From the NCBI GenBank assembly GCA_030054835.1, contig JASGVS010000021.1, positions 6,079-70,078 on the forward strand: DNA of 64,000 nt, given 5' to 3'. The notes under the pieces were generated by a model. It ran no database searches. It was not told the origin of the DNA and saw nothing but the letters and a program-made list of their open reading frames with translations. The translations under genes and the position numbers were made by a program. Source of the stretch: Bacillota bacterium (lineage in GTDB: Bacteria; Bacillota; Limnochordia; Darwinibacteriales; Darwinibacteriaceae). This document shows positions 29,708 through 38,261 of the stretch, piece by piece (position 1 is the stretch's first letter; every line of letters starts with the position of its first letter).

Positions 29708-31246
29708 CTATTCGGTGACCATAATCTCCCTGGTCTCCACAAGGATCTCCTGAGATCCATCCCTGATGGTAAACTCGCCTGTTAAGATGCCCGCAGGTAG
29801 CTCTGGGGCCAATGCAGTTGTGTGAACTGACTGGCCGGGCAGAAGTTTGGTCATGCCTTCCGGCAGTTCAAAGGCCAATCGGTCAATGTATGCTCCTTCT
29901 TCGTCCAGCAGTACCAGGGTTACTTCAGGCAGAAACGCCGCATTGCCGGTGTTCACCAAGTCCAGCGACAAGTAAGTACCTTCATTGGCCACCAGTTTGC
30001 CCCCTACACTGCGGATCTCAATCGCCTTTTGCAGGTCCGTGCCAATGGAAAGGTCAACGGGTGCCACCGTTTCACTCAGAGGCTCGTTGGTGACAGCGTC
30101 AAAGGCTTTAAAGACCACTTGCCCGTGGTACGTTCCGTCCTCCGCTTCCCTAGGTACCGCTATCGTTACTGCGAAGCGGGCCTTGGTTCTGGCCGGCAGT
30201 TCAAATTCATTGCCCGTACGCAGTTCCAGCCACTCATGGGCAGCGTGTTCATCGCTTGTTGGGGCTCTGCCCAAGGCTATCTCTATGCGCAGCGGGCTGG
30301 TCAATATGTTTTCCACTTCGAAGATCTGCGTTTTTCTTTCCCCAGCCCTGAGCTGGTGTTCCGCTTGGGTTGGGCTGACAGCAAGGGCAGCCCCTTCCGC
30401 CAGACCTTTGTAGGTGAACTGTCCAGGCTCAACCGTTAGCGTTTCAGTACGCAAAATCTGGCCACTCTCACCGTAGCGGAAGAAAATTTGTAACGAGTAC
30501 TCCCCTGGCAGCAGTGGTCGATCTATTTCTCCCTTAAATAACACCTCAGTGCCTGGATAAATTCTTGTGGCATCGGTTCCAGCCGTATGGCCGGACTCCG
30601 TTCTGAGCGTAACCCGCTCCACCAAACGCCGGTCCTTATCCCGAATTGCCACTTCACCAGAGGCCAAATAATCTAGGGGTGAATCGTTGAGGAACCTAGC
30701 TTGGATCTCAGGTTCCCCCTGTTCATTGGCCACAACCGCAAAATCCGACAACTGAGCCGACGGACGAAGACCGGCCCTTTCCACCCGAATACTTAGACGC
30801 ACTGCATAACGAATCTTAAAGCCGATGCCCGATGTTATTTCAGGTGGCCTGGGCTCAACCATCACAATCACCGTATGGGAGCCGCTGGCTGAATAAGGAA
30901 CACGTATCGTTCCCCTAACCTCAGGCTTTTCACCCGGCCTCACTTTGACCACATCACTGTCCAATGTGACCCAGCTGGTGGCAGAAAAGGCCGGGTTGGT
31001 AGGCAGCTGATAAGCAAGTCCACCGCTCAGCTGCTGCACGGGCTCGTACAAAGCCAAATCAACCGTCTCTTCCTCTTCACCGGGCAAAAGCTCAATCACA
31101 AACTCCCTTTGGTCGCCGGGCCTCACATTCAGCTCGATAACTAGGGGGCGAACGCCCACCGCTTCTACCACAGGCCCATCAGTCAACAAAACAAGTGCTA
31201 TGACAGCAATGAACAATAATGTAAATTTGCGTCTCTGCAAAGACAT
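29708..31246 (-). CDS. large secreted multi-domain protein E of secretin cluster (hypothetical, ~4 Ig-like repeats)
   Basis: Signal/anchor peptide; repeated 'PGE ... G-[ST]-[YH]-x-[GV]-x-[IV]-x-[FV]' strand motifs (GSHTVIVMVEP, GEYSLQIFFRY, GTYHGQVVFKAF, LTGEFTIRDGS); RBS GGGAGGGAG, 17 nt after upstream stop. Confidence 0.6.
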   Translation of the reverse strand: MSLQRRKFTLLFIAVIALVLLTDGPVVEAVGVRPLVIELNVRPGDQREFVIELLPGEEEETVDLALYEPVQQLSGGLAYQLPTNPAFSATSWVTLDSDVVKVRPGEKPEVRGTIRVPYSASGSHTVIVMVEPRPPEITSGIGFKIRYAVRLSIRVERAGLRPSAQLSDFAVVANEQGEPEIQARFLNDSPLDYLASGEVAIRDKDRRLVERVTLRTESGHTAGTDATRIYPGTEVLFKGEIDRPLLPGEYSLQIFFRYGESGQILRTETLTVEPGQFTYKGLAEGAALAVSPTQAEHQLRAGERKTQIFEVENILTSPLRIEIALGRAPTSDEHAAHEWLELRTGNEFELPARTKARFAVTIAVPREAEDGTYHGQVVFKAFDAVTNEPLSETVAPVDLSIGTDLQKAIEIRSVGGKLVANEGTYLSLDLVNTGNAAFLPEVTLVLLDEEGAYIDRLAFELPEGMTKLLPGQSVHTTALAPELPAGILTGEFTIRDGSQEILVETREIMVTE

Positions 31247-31263
31247 AACATCTCCCTCCCTGT

Positions 31264-32109
31264 TTAATCTTCCATCCTAACGTCAATTCTTATCTCACCA
31301 ACATAGCTACCGGCCCGGTGTTCCCAACCTGCCTTTGTTTGCAGCCCAAAACTGAGTTCGGTACTCCCACTACCCGAAATTGTTACTCCATCCATTAAGG
31401 GTTGTGGTTCTTCCTCGACAAGCCATAACATTAGAGGTGGATAGGGGGTTGCTTCCGCCCATACGGACGGGATATCAGCCTCTTCGGTTTTATAAAACAA
31501 ACCCTTTGAGGAGAGTGTAATAGTCCAGCTTACGTTGGCCTGAACGTTAATTGTCATGGGCGTCTCCGTCTCCCAGACCCCGGGCCCAGGTATGTCCATT
31601 TCTATTTGCTCTGGATCGGTGGTAACTTCGATATAAGGCTCTACAGTGATTTCAACCGGAATGTCCGGACCATGGGGTGAGCTGAGCGTACCCTGGTAAG
31701 TACCTGCCCAAACCTCCTCATCGTACTTCACACCGAATTTCACCTCAGCGTATTCATCGCTGCCCGCAAGCAGTCGGAATTGATAGAAAGCCCACCTAAC
31801 GGTCTGTACCTGCGAATCATAGGGTGTCTCCACTAAAAGCAGGTGGTTGGGAAAGGGGTTCCCATCTGCGTCAACCAATTGGGAGAGGGTGAAATCCAGG
31901 GGCAAGGTATCCTCGCCCACCCTCACCAGCTTGAACTCTACAAACTCAACCCTATCTCGAGCAGGCGGTCCAACCAGTTCTAACTGTATGGGCCCATCCT
32001 CCACTTCGTACTGAGCCTTGTCCGCTGCCAAAGTCCAATTTGAGGCTGTAAACATGAGTATTATGAGCAGCACGAGCCATTTTGTTGGCCTCAGGCCTGT
32101 CTTCCTCAC
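31264..32109 (-). CDS. secreted protein D of secretin cluster (hypothetical)
   Basis: Start reassigned to GTG 32109 (RBS GGGGGA + 6 nt) giving signal peptide MRKTGLRPTKWLVLLIILMFTASNWTLAA; C-terminal GSYVGEIRIDVRMED. Confidence 0.55.
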   Translation of the reverse strand: MRKTGLRPTKWLVLLIILMFTASNWTLAADKAQYEVEDGPIQLELVGPPARDRVEFVEFKLVRVGEDTLPLDFTLSQLVDADGNPFPNHLLLVETPYDSQVQTVRWAFYQFRLLAGSDEYAEVKFGVKYDEEVWAGTYQGTLSSPHGPDIPVEITVEPYIEVTTDPEQIEMDIPGPGVWETETPMTINVQANVSWTITLSSKGLFYKTEEADIPSVWAEATPYPPLMLWLVEEEPQPLMDGVTISGSGSTELSFGLQTKAGWEHRAGSYVGEIRIDVRMED

Positions 32110-32184
32110 CGTCAATCCCCCGTTTCCCCTTCCATAGGTAGTATTTCCCTCATTTGCCAAACTATCCAAAGAGGGGCTGTCAGC

Positions 32185-33507
32185 CTAGAATCTCAGTCGC
32201 AGCCCCGCGGTTATGGTGCTACCTGCACTATCCTGCCAGGACCAGGCCAGATAAGCTCCCAGTGGCATTTGCCGCCGCAGGGCAAGACCCGCTTCATGGC
32301 GTACATCCTTCCCCGCCCATTTCTCAGCCTGATACCAGAGGGATGCTGACTTTATGTCCTGTTCCAGGCGGAGCCGCCAATCCAGCTCCAATCGCTTGGC
32401 CGGTTCGGCCATGGTAAAGCGGATAGGAAGGACAGCAGCGGAAATCCGAGTTCCTTCTCCCAAATTGAGCTGGTCACAGAGACCCACCAAAAGGGCCTGT
32501 TCTTGCCCCACCAACTCCACAATAAGGTATAAATCCTCGTTGATCGCACCTTCCGCACCGATGACGTAAGCAGACTCAGGCAGCGTCTGAACTGAGGCAT
32601 AGATTCTGTTCCTTGGGCTTAGTGGCACAGACCCGGCTGCATCTATTCCTCGCCTCTCCCCGGCAAGCATTACACCCGCCTCCAGCTCCATAGGAGGCCG
32701 GACCTGATACTCCCCTTCCATAAACCGCCGCAGGCCAGCAATTGAACCTACTGACAGGAACGGGACATCAGCGGGCAGGGTCTCAACTGAAAAGGGTGCC
32801 CCAGCTAGATAGAGGGCGAAGTACTGCTTTTCAGTTCTACTGCCAACCTGAACTTCTCGAGATACGACCGAGATGGGGCGTTTCGGGTCCCGACCCACCG
32901 GAACGGTTGCGGAAGCACTGACCGCACTGCCATCTAAAGTCGCATAAACAAGACCCACTTCTGACTCAATCTGGCCTGCTTGTTCCCTTATCCTAAGGGG
33001 CAGCAGGCTGATCTCCAGCCTATCCTCCTTGTGACTTTGGGAGTTGACCGGTAGGGGCGTGCTGGAGATGTTCACAACTAACGGTTCACCTTCCAGCGTG
33101 AGCAGCCATGAGTTGTATCCGCCTTCTTCCTGCGACCAGCCCCAGTTAGCTTGTAGACTGGGATTGAAGTGGTAGTCACTCTCAAAGAGGAGGTCAAAGG
33201 CGAAGTCCTCGTCCATTAACAACCACAAGCCATTTCCTTCCCTGCTCGTATCCACATCCAGGCCCAGGCTGAGTAGGGCCCAAGCTTCCTTTTTTAACTC
33301 CACGAAATGAAGGGCATAGCCAACCACTGCTTTCCCTGGAGAGGCTGTCCAATTCTCCCAACCGTCTGTCAGAAGCTGTTGGGCAATCTCAACTGTCCAG
33401 CCCGAGTCGGTGTCCTGTGCTGCAGCGATGGGCACTAGCGACAACAAGCAGGCTAAGCAGACCAAGATATGAATGATAGGTGAATGGACATTCCATGCAA
33501 TTCTCAC
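32185..33507 (-). CDS. predicted outer-membrane beta-barrel protein C (C-terminal Phe)
   Basis: GTG start with GGGGGA + 6 nt RBS, 13 nt after secretin stop; signal peptide; alternating hydrophobic C-terminal strand STITAGLRLRF ending in Phe. Confidence 0.55.
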   Translation of the reverse strand: MRIAWNVHSPIIHILVCLACLLSLVPIAAAQDTDSGWTVEIAQQLLTDGWENWTASPGKAVVGYALHFVELKKEAWALLSLGLDVDTSREGNGLWLLMDEDFAFDLLFESDYHFNPSLQANWGWSQEEGGYNSWLLTLEGEPLVVNISSTPLPVNSQSHKEDRLEISLLPLRIREQAGQIESEVGLVYATLDGSAVSASATVPVGRDPKRPISVVSREVQVGSRTEKQYFALYLAGAPFSVETLPADVPFLSVGSIAGLRRFMEGEYQVRPPMELEAGVMLAGERRGIDAAGSVPLSPRNRIYASVQTLPESAYVIGAEGAINEDLYLIVELVGQEQALLVGLCDQLNLGEGTRISAAVLPIRFTMAEPAKRLELDWRLRLEQDIKSASLWYQAEKWAGKDVRHEAGLALRRQMPLGAYLAWSWQDSAGSTITAGLRLRF

Positions 33508-33520
33508 TGTTGATCCCCCA

Positions 33521-34696
33521 TTACTTGAGCACGGGAGTGACGAAAATCAGTAACTCCTTCTCGGCTGCTAGAGTTGTATCGCTTCTAAAGAGCCAGCGGA
33601 TGATGGGAATGCTGCCCAAAACGGGTACCTTCCGGCTCTGTTCCCCCGCCTCTTCCAATGTCATACCGGCCAGTACCGCAGTCTGTCCATTCTGCAACTG
33701 CACGGTAGTGGAAACGGAAGACTGCTTCACCACCAGGTTGCTGCGGGATTCACTGACCAAATGGCTCATCTCCGGTGCGATGGTGAGGATGATTTGCTCA
33801 CCGAAAACCTGCGGTGTTACCTTCAGACTCATCCCCACTTCAACCCGCTCGACCCGGGTGGCCTTGTCACCCGAATCGGCCAGTAGCAAAATTTGCCTGT
33901 CACCCACAAACAGGTGGGCTGCCTGTCCATCGCTTACCAAAACCCGTGGATCGGCGTGGACCTTAGCCTCATTGGTCTCCTCCAGGGCCTTAAGGTTGAG
34001 GAGGAGATTGCCCAGGGCGTTTGTCTCCAAGAAGTGGAGGTTATCCCTTAGGTTCAAACCACCAGCCCAGGTTTCAGCCTTACCGTTTTGCCCCGTTGTG
34101 GCGAGCTGGAATAAGTTAGTGCCCAGCTCTTTCAAGGCCTTGGTGGACACCTCTGTAATGATCACTTGGATTTCCACCTGCTTTTGGGGTTGATCCAGCT
34201 CCTCGATGAACTTTAGAATCTTCTCCAGTTCCCTCGGCGGTGCTGTGATAGTGAGAACGCTGCTGCTCCGGTCCCCCTTAACGTAACTGAGCAGAAAGGA
34301 TGGTAGCATTGACATCACCCGGTCTGCTGTTACGTGTTTCAAAAAGACCAGCTCTGTGTCGGCCAGCTCCGCAAAGGTACTGCTGCGGGGATCGGGAAGA
34401 CCAACAAGATAAAAGTCATCGATTTTGCGAAAAGTGAAACCTCCACCGATTAGGATCAGGCGCAGCGCTTCCTCCAGGGGTACATCCACCAGGTCGGCCG
34501 TGACCACACCGCTCACAGTGGAATCGGGAATGATGTTGATCCCAGTCTGAAGTGTGATCTCATTTAAGGCATCCTTAATGCCTGTCTCAAACAAAAACAG
34601 ATTGACGCGGGGCTCCTCCACCTCCGCTGCCCGAGCCGCCCCGCCCAGCAGCACAAGAAAAACTAGTACGAGCAGGAATAAACGTCGTTCTTTCAT
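33521..34696 (-). CDS. secretin family protein B (two secretin-N domains + C-terminal secretin domain, short GspD/PilQ/RcpA-like)
   Basis: Signal peptide; N-domains (VDVPLEEALRLIL..GF.F...DDFYLV; ITAPPRELEKILKFIEELD); C-terminal secretin signature VPVLGSIPIIRWLFRSD...ELLIFVTPVL. Confidence 0.8.
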   Translation of the reverse strand: MKERRLFLLVLVFLVLLGGAARAAEVEEPRVNLFLFETGIKDALNEITLQTGINIIPDSTVSGVVTADLVDVPLEEALRLILIGGGFTFRKIDDFYLVGLPDPRSSTFAELADTELVFLKHVTADRVMSMLPSFLLSYVKGDRSSSVLTITAPPRELEKILKFIEELDQPQKQVEIQVIITEVSTKALKELGTNLFQLATTGQNGKAETWAGGLNLRDNLHFLETNALGNLLLNLKALEETNEAKVHADPRVLVSDGQAAHLFVGDRQILLLADSGDKATRVERVEVGMSLKVTPQVFGEQIILTIAPEMSHLVSESRSNLVVKQSSVSTTVQLQNGQTAVLAGMTLEEAGEQSRKVPVLGSIPIIRWLFRSDTTLAAEKELLIFVTPVLK

Positions 34697-34739
34697 TGAT
34701 TGTCCCTCCAGTTTTGACTGTCTTTGGGTTTTGATTTGC

Positions 34740-35261
34740 TTACGGATTATCGGGTACCACCGTCAACAAAATCTCGCCGGTATAGGTCTCGGCCGGGTTC
34801 TCCCAGGTTGCAATAAGCTGGAAGTCAAAGGTTACTTCCGCCACACCTGGAGGACCGCTCATCACCGGCCTGCGCTCCAGGGTTATCTCTTTCCACGCTT
34901 CCACGTCCGAATCAGGCGGCAGACGCCAGCGAAGTTGGGAAATGTGGATCAGCCCACCCCGCTGCCCAAAGAAATATTCCTCAGGCGCAGAGATCAGAAG
35001 CGTATAGGGTACATTACCTGATACGGTGGCGAGTAAAGCTCGCTTTTTAGTGGCCACAACCCCTGTTTTGGTCCGTTCAGCCGTGCCCATGATGTAATCA
35101 AAGTCCTCAGGCTCAAAGACCAATTCCCCCGCATCCAACTCCAGGTGAATCATCTGGGGGACGATGGCCGAGACCGACATGTTAGCCCGATCCAGGGCAT
35201 GGGCTGCGCTGCCTGCCAGGAGCAGCAGTGTTAATGCAATACTTGTGGCATACCTTCCCAC
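34740..35261 (-). CDS. secreted protein A of secretin cluster (hypothetical)
   Basis: GTG start with GGTGAGGAGG RBS; signal peptide ...LLLAGSAAHA; C-terminal TYTGEILLTVVPDNP. Confidence 0.55.
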   Translation of the reverse strand: MGRYATSIALTLLLLAGSAAHALDRANMSVSAIVPQMIHLELDAGELVFEPEDFDYIMGTAERTKTGVVATKKRALLATVSGNVPYTLLISAPEEYFFGQRGGLIHISQLRWRLPPDSDVEAWKEITLERRPVMSGPPGVAEVTFDFQLIATWENPAETYTGEILLTVVPDNP

Positions 35262-35367
35262 GTCCGCACCTCCTCACCTATACTATTTCCCAATTCTTAC
35301 CTGTTATGCGAAAATTTACTTTTAATTTTTCCGCCTCTAAAACCGAGCCCAAACCGCCCGGCAGGCA

Positions 35368-35412
35368 CAAAAAAACACCGCAGGCAACACTTAGAGTGTC
35401 ACCTGCGGTGTC
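35368..35412 (-). terminator. rho-independent terminator after rnz
   Basis: On minus strand GACACCGCAGG-17 nt loop-CCTGCGGTGT followed by TTTTTTTG. Confidence 0.8.
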
Positions 35413-35423
35413 TCACGCTTCTC

Positions 35424-36350
35424 TTATTCAGTTAAGGGTATTGCAAAGGATGAATGGTCTTCGGCCAGATAGGTGTTGGGAAACACGGTGCGCGCTTCAC
35501 CAACAAGTTTCTGGTATGTTTGGGGCGTATAGCGGGAGCTGAAATGGGTGAGGATGAGCATTTTGACATCAGCATCCTTGGCGATTTGGGCCGCCTGGAG
35601 CGTTGTGGAATGGAAGAACTCGTACGCCCTATCCTCCAGTTTGCCCCCAAAGGTTGCTTCATGGACAAGTACATCCGCTTCTTTGGCCAGCTTCAGGGAA
35701 GCTGCTGTGTAACGGGTGTCACCTAGAATCACCACGTGCCTGCCCCTACGGGGCGGCCCCACAAAATCTTGACCATTGATTACTCTACCATCATCCAGCG
35801 TCACTGTCTCCCCTGCCTTCAGGAGTCCGTAAATGGGTCCGGGCGGAACCTTGAGTTCCTTGAGACGCTCCGCATCGAGCCTGCCGGGTCGATCCGGTTC
35901 TTCCAGCCGGTACCCATAGCTGGGCAGACCGTGTTCTAATAGGGCGAGCCTTACTCGCCAATCTTCGATTTCCAATTCCTCGTCTGGACGGAGCTCCCTG
36001 ATCTCCAGGGGGTAGCTCAAACGGGTACCACTCACATCCAGGGCCGTTTCCACAAAACGGCGCAGGCCCATGGGACCATACAGGTTCAAAGGCACATCCT
36101 TAGACGAAAAGGACCTGCTGGCCAAAAGGCCGGGCAGACCGAAGATGTGGTCCCCGTGGAGGTGGGTGACAAAAATTCGAGTCACTTTGCGCAAGCTCCA
36201 GGGGGAAGCCAATATTTGATGCTGCGTTCCCTCCCCGCAGTCAAAAAGCCAAACGTCACCGGGCGGCGCAGGCATGCGCAGAGCCAAGCTGGTCACATTG
36301 CGCTCCAACGAAGGTTTACCTGCCCCAGTGCCGAGAAAGTATAAAAGCAC
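35424..36350 (-). CDS. rnz: ribonuclease Z (tRNA 3' endonuclease, metallo-beta-lactamase fold)
   Basis: MLLYFLGTGAGKPSLERNVTS...HLHGDHIFGLPGLL and ~308 aa length typical of short RNase Z. Confidence 0.88.
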   Translation of the reverse strand: MLLYFLGTGAGKPSLERNVTSLALRMPAPPGDVWLFDCGEGTQHQILASPWSLRKVTRIFVTHLHGDHIFGLPGLLASRSFSSKDVPLNLYGPMGLRRFVETALDVSGTRLSYPLEIRELRPDEELEIEDWRVRLALLEHGLPSYGYRLEEPDRPGRLDAERLKELKVPPGPIYGLLKAGETVTLDDGRVINGQDFVGPPRRGRHVVILGDTRYTAASLKLAKEADVLVHEATFGGKLEDRAYEFFHSTTLQAAQIAKDADVKMLILTHFSSRYTPQTYQKLVGEARTVFPNTYLAEDHSSFAIPLTE

Positions 36351-36364
36351 TAGATATAATCCTC

Positions 36365-37924
36365 CTAATTCAGTTCAGTTTCCAGAAACTGTTCGTAATC
36401 GATCAACTGAAGTCCTTCCGGGCTCAAGAGAAAAACTTGTTCAAAGACTTCTTTAATGAACTTGCGGTCATGGGAGACCGCGATAATACAACCGGTGAAG
36501 CGCTGCAGAGCCGAACGGATCTCCGGGCCCGACAGCGGTGACAAATTCCGCGTCGGCTCATCGAGCACCAAAACCTCAGCCCGATCCAGAATCATTTTGG
36601 CAAAATACAGCTTAGCCCGCTGCCCCCCGGATAATTCCCACAGGGGATGGAGCATTTCATCCTTGGTGAAATTCATGCTGCCCAGATACGTCCGCACCTT
36701 AGTGAGCTCTTCCTTCTTCTGGGAAGAGGCCAAAAACTCAACCGCATTTTTCTCCCGTTCCATCACTTCCGCGTAATCCTGGGGCATGTACCCGTAGCGG
36801 ATGGACGTCTGCTCCAATTCTCTTAGAATGCGCTTGATCAGAGTGGTCTTGCCGCAACCGTTCTCTCCAATTATACAGATTTTTCTGGGTCCCACAACAC
36901 TCAACTGGATGTTTTGAGCCAACACCAGATCTCCTGCCTTAAGCTGATCTAGGTGCAGATCTAGAATCCTCTTTCCGTTGGGAACCAGTATCTCTTCACT
37001 GAATTCAATGTCAATGCTTTCTTCAAAGTCGGGTTTTTTTGCCAGCTGCTCCTTTTCCCGCTCAAAGCGCTTGCCCATGGACTTCACCGAGCGCATTTTA
37101 TCCTTTAGATTCTTAGCCACAGAAGGAGCCTGCCGGGAGACAGTGCGCAGCTCATGCTGCACCCGCTGGTAGATCTGGCGATAGCGCTCCAACTTGGCAT
37201 CGAACTCCTCCTTCTCCTTCTTGGCCAGCTTGGTCTGTCTGATTATCTGCTCTTCCCGGTTCTGAACGTACTCACTGTAGGGCAGGCCCGCAATGGTGTG
37301 CTGGGGCTTGCTCTTTTTAATGAGCTGCTCCAGATGGATAATTGTGTTGGCGCAGTTCTCCAGGAGCAGTTCATCGTGGGAGACAAACATGACCGGGATC
37401 TCTAGACCTATGATGAACTTCTCCAGCCACTTTATGGAGGTGAGGTCCAGATCATTGCTGGGCTCATCCAAAAGCAGCAGCGTGGGCTGGCGCAGCATTT
37501 CACAGAGGAGCTGGAATTTGATCTTTTCACCGCCCGAAAGCTGCCTTAATGTGATCTGCTCTGATATTCTCCCTTCTGGAAAGTCCATCTCCTTGAGAAG
37601 CTGGTAATACAGGCGGTAGTCCAGATCTGCCCAACCGACACGCTGACGGAAATAAGTTTCAACCGTCTGGTCGAGTATCTCGTCTTCCAACACCTGGGGA
37701 AGGTAACCGATCACTTCTCCCTGAGTTATAATCTCGCCCTTTATTTCCACGTAAGCCTGCAGGGAAGCAGGATCGGCTATTGCCTTCAACAGAGTTGATT
37801 TTCCATTCCCCTCTTCCCCGATTACGGCCACCTTCATTCCGTCCAGCAGAGAAAAGCTGAAATCTGCCAAGATTGTCCGCAGATCCTTGGTCAGGTACAA
37901 TGATAAGTCTTTGATAATTAACAT
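36365..37924 (-). CDS. ABC-F family ATPase (two ABC domains, ~100-aa K/R-rich helical linker; ARE/Vml-Lsa-like ribosomal protection candidate)
   Basis: Two Walker A (GEEGNGKS, GENGCGKTT), two signatures (LSGGEK, LSGGQRAK), no TM domain; long charged inter-domain linker; RBS AAGGGGG. Confidence 0.75.
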   Translation of the reverse strand: MLIIKDLSLYLTKDLRTILADFSFSLLDGMKVAVIGEEGNGKSTLLKAIADPASLQAYVEIKGEIITQGEVIGYLPQVLEDEILDQTVETYFRQRVGWADLDYRLYYQLLKEMDFPEGRISEQITLRQLSGGEKIKFQLLCEMLRQPTLLLLDEPSNDLDLTSIKWLEKFIIGLEIPVMFVSHDELLLENCANTIIHLEQLIKKSKPQHTIAGLPYSEYVQNREEQIIRQTKLAKKEKEEFDAKLERYRQIYQRVQHELRTVSRQAPSVAKNLKDKMRSVKSMGKRFEREKEQLAKKPDFEESIDIEFSEEILVPNGKRILDLHLDQLKAGDLVLAQNIQLSVVGPRKICIIGENGCGKTTLIKRILRELEQTSIRYGYMPQDYAEVMEREKNAVEFLASSQKKEELTKVRTYLGSMNFTKDEMLHPLWELSGGQRAKLYFAKMILDRAEVLVLDEPTRNLSPLSGPEIRSALQRFTGCIIAVSHDRKFIKEVFEQVFLLSPEGLQLIDYEQFLETELN

Positions 37925-38025
37925 TAAAAAACCCCCTTAAGCGGCTGCCGGGGATTGAGTAACGCAAAGGAGCGACGGAAACAATGTTCCCGTGCGGAAA
38001 GACGAAAAGCTACTCAATATGGCAA

Positions 38026-38100
38026 CCAAAAACAAGCCCACTTGGGCTGCGTCTTCAGTTACAACACTGCCATATTGATTAGCTGTTCATTGCCCTCCTC
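38026..38100 (-). promoter_or_regulatory. leader element: mini-uORF (MNS*) plus GC-hairpin/U-tract (tRNA terminator and/or ABC-F attenuator)
   Basis: GGAGG + 6 nt + ATG AAC AGC TAA (38090-38079), then AGCCCAAGTGGGCT hairpin and TGTTTTTGG (38048-38026) on minus strand; no separate promoter evident before ABC-F gene. Confidence 0.4.
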
Positions 38101-38122
38101 CAATCTCTGCGGAGTATTTAAA

Positions 38123-38198
38123 TGGCGGGCCCGAGACGAATCGAACGTCCGACACATGGTTTAGGAGACCATTGCTCTATCCACTGAGCTACGGGCCC
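38123..38198 (-). tRNA. tRNA-Arg (anticodon CCT)
   Basis: Cloverleaf GGGCCCG/CGGGCCC acceptor, D-arm TAGCTCAGTGGATAGAGCA, anticodon stem ATGGT/ACCAT with loop CTCCTAA, T-loop GTTCGATTC, encoded CCA. Confidence 0.9.
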
Positions 38199-38209
38199 AA
38201 TGCAAATTT

Positions 38210-38238
38210 AGTATAACATAGGCCAAAACAGATTTCAA
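38210..38238 (-). promoter_or_regulatory. sigma-A-type promoter of tRNA-Arg
   Basis: Minus strand TTGAAA-17 nt-TATACT, 11 nt upstream of tRNA 5' end. Confidence 0.75.
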
Positions 38239-38261
38239 TAAATTTTCGCGCGTGCTTCAGG

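Noticed and set aside
33521-34696. Secretin B as filamentous-phage pIV (prophage remnant)
   Set aside because: There are no Zot/pI-like ATPase, ssDNA-binding, replication-initiator or coat-protein genes in the vicinity. The neighbours are coupled host-like secreted proteins and an OM barrel. Phage origin cannot be fully excluded without phylogeny.
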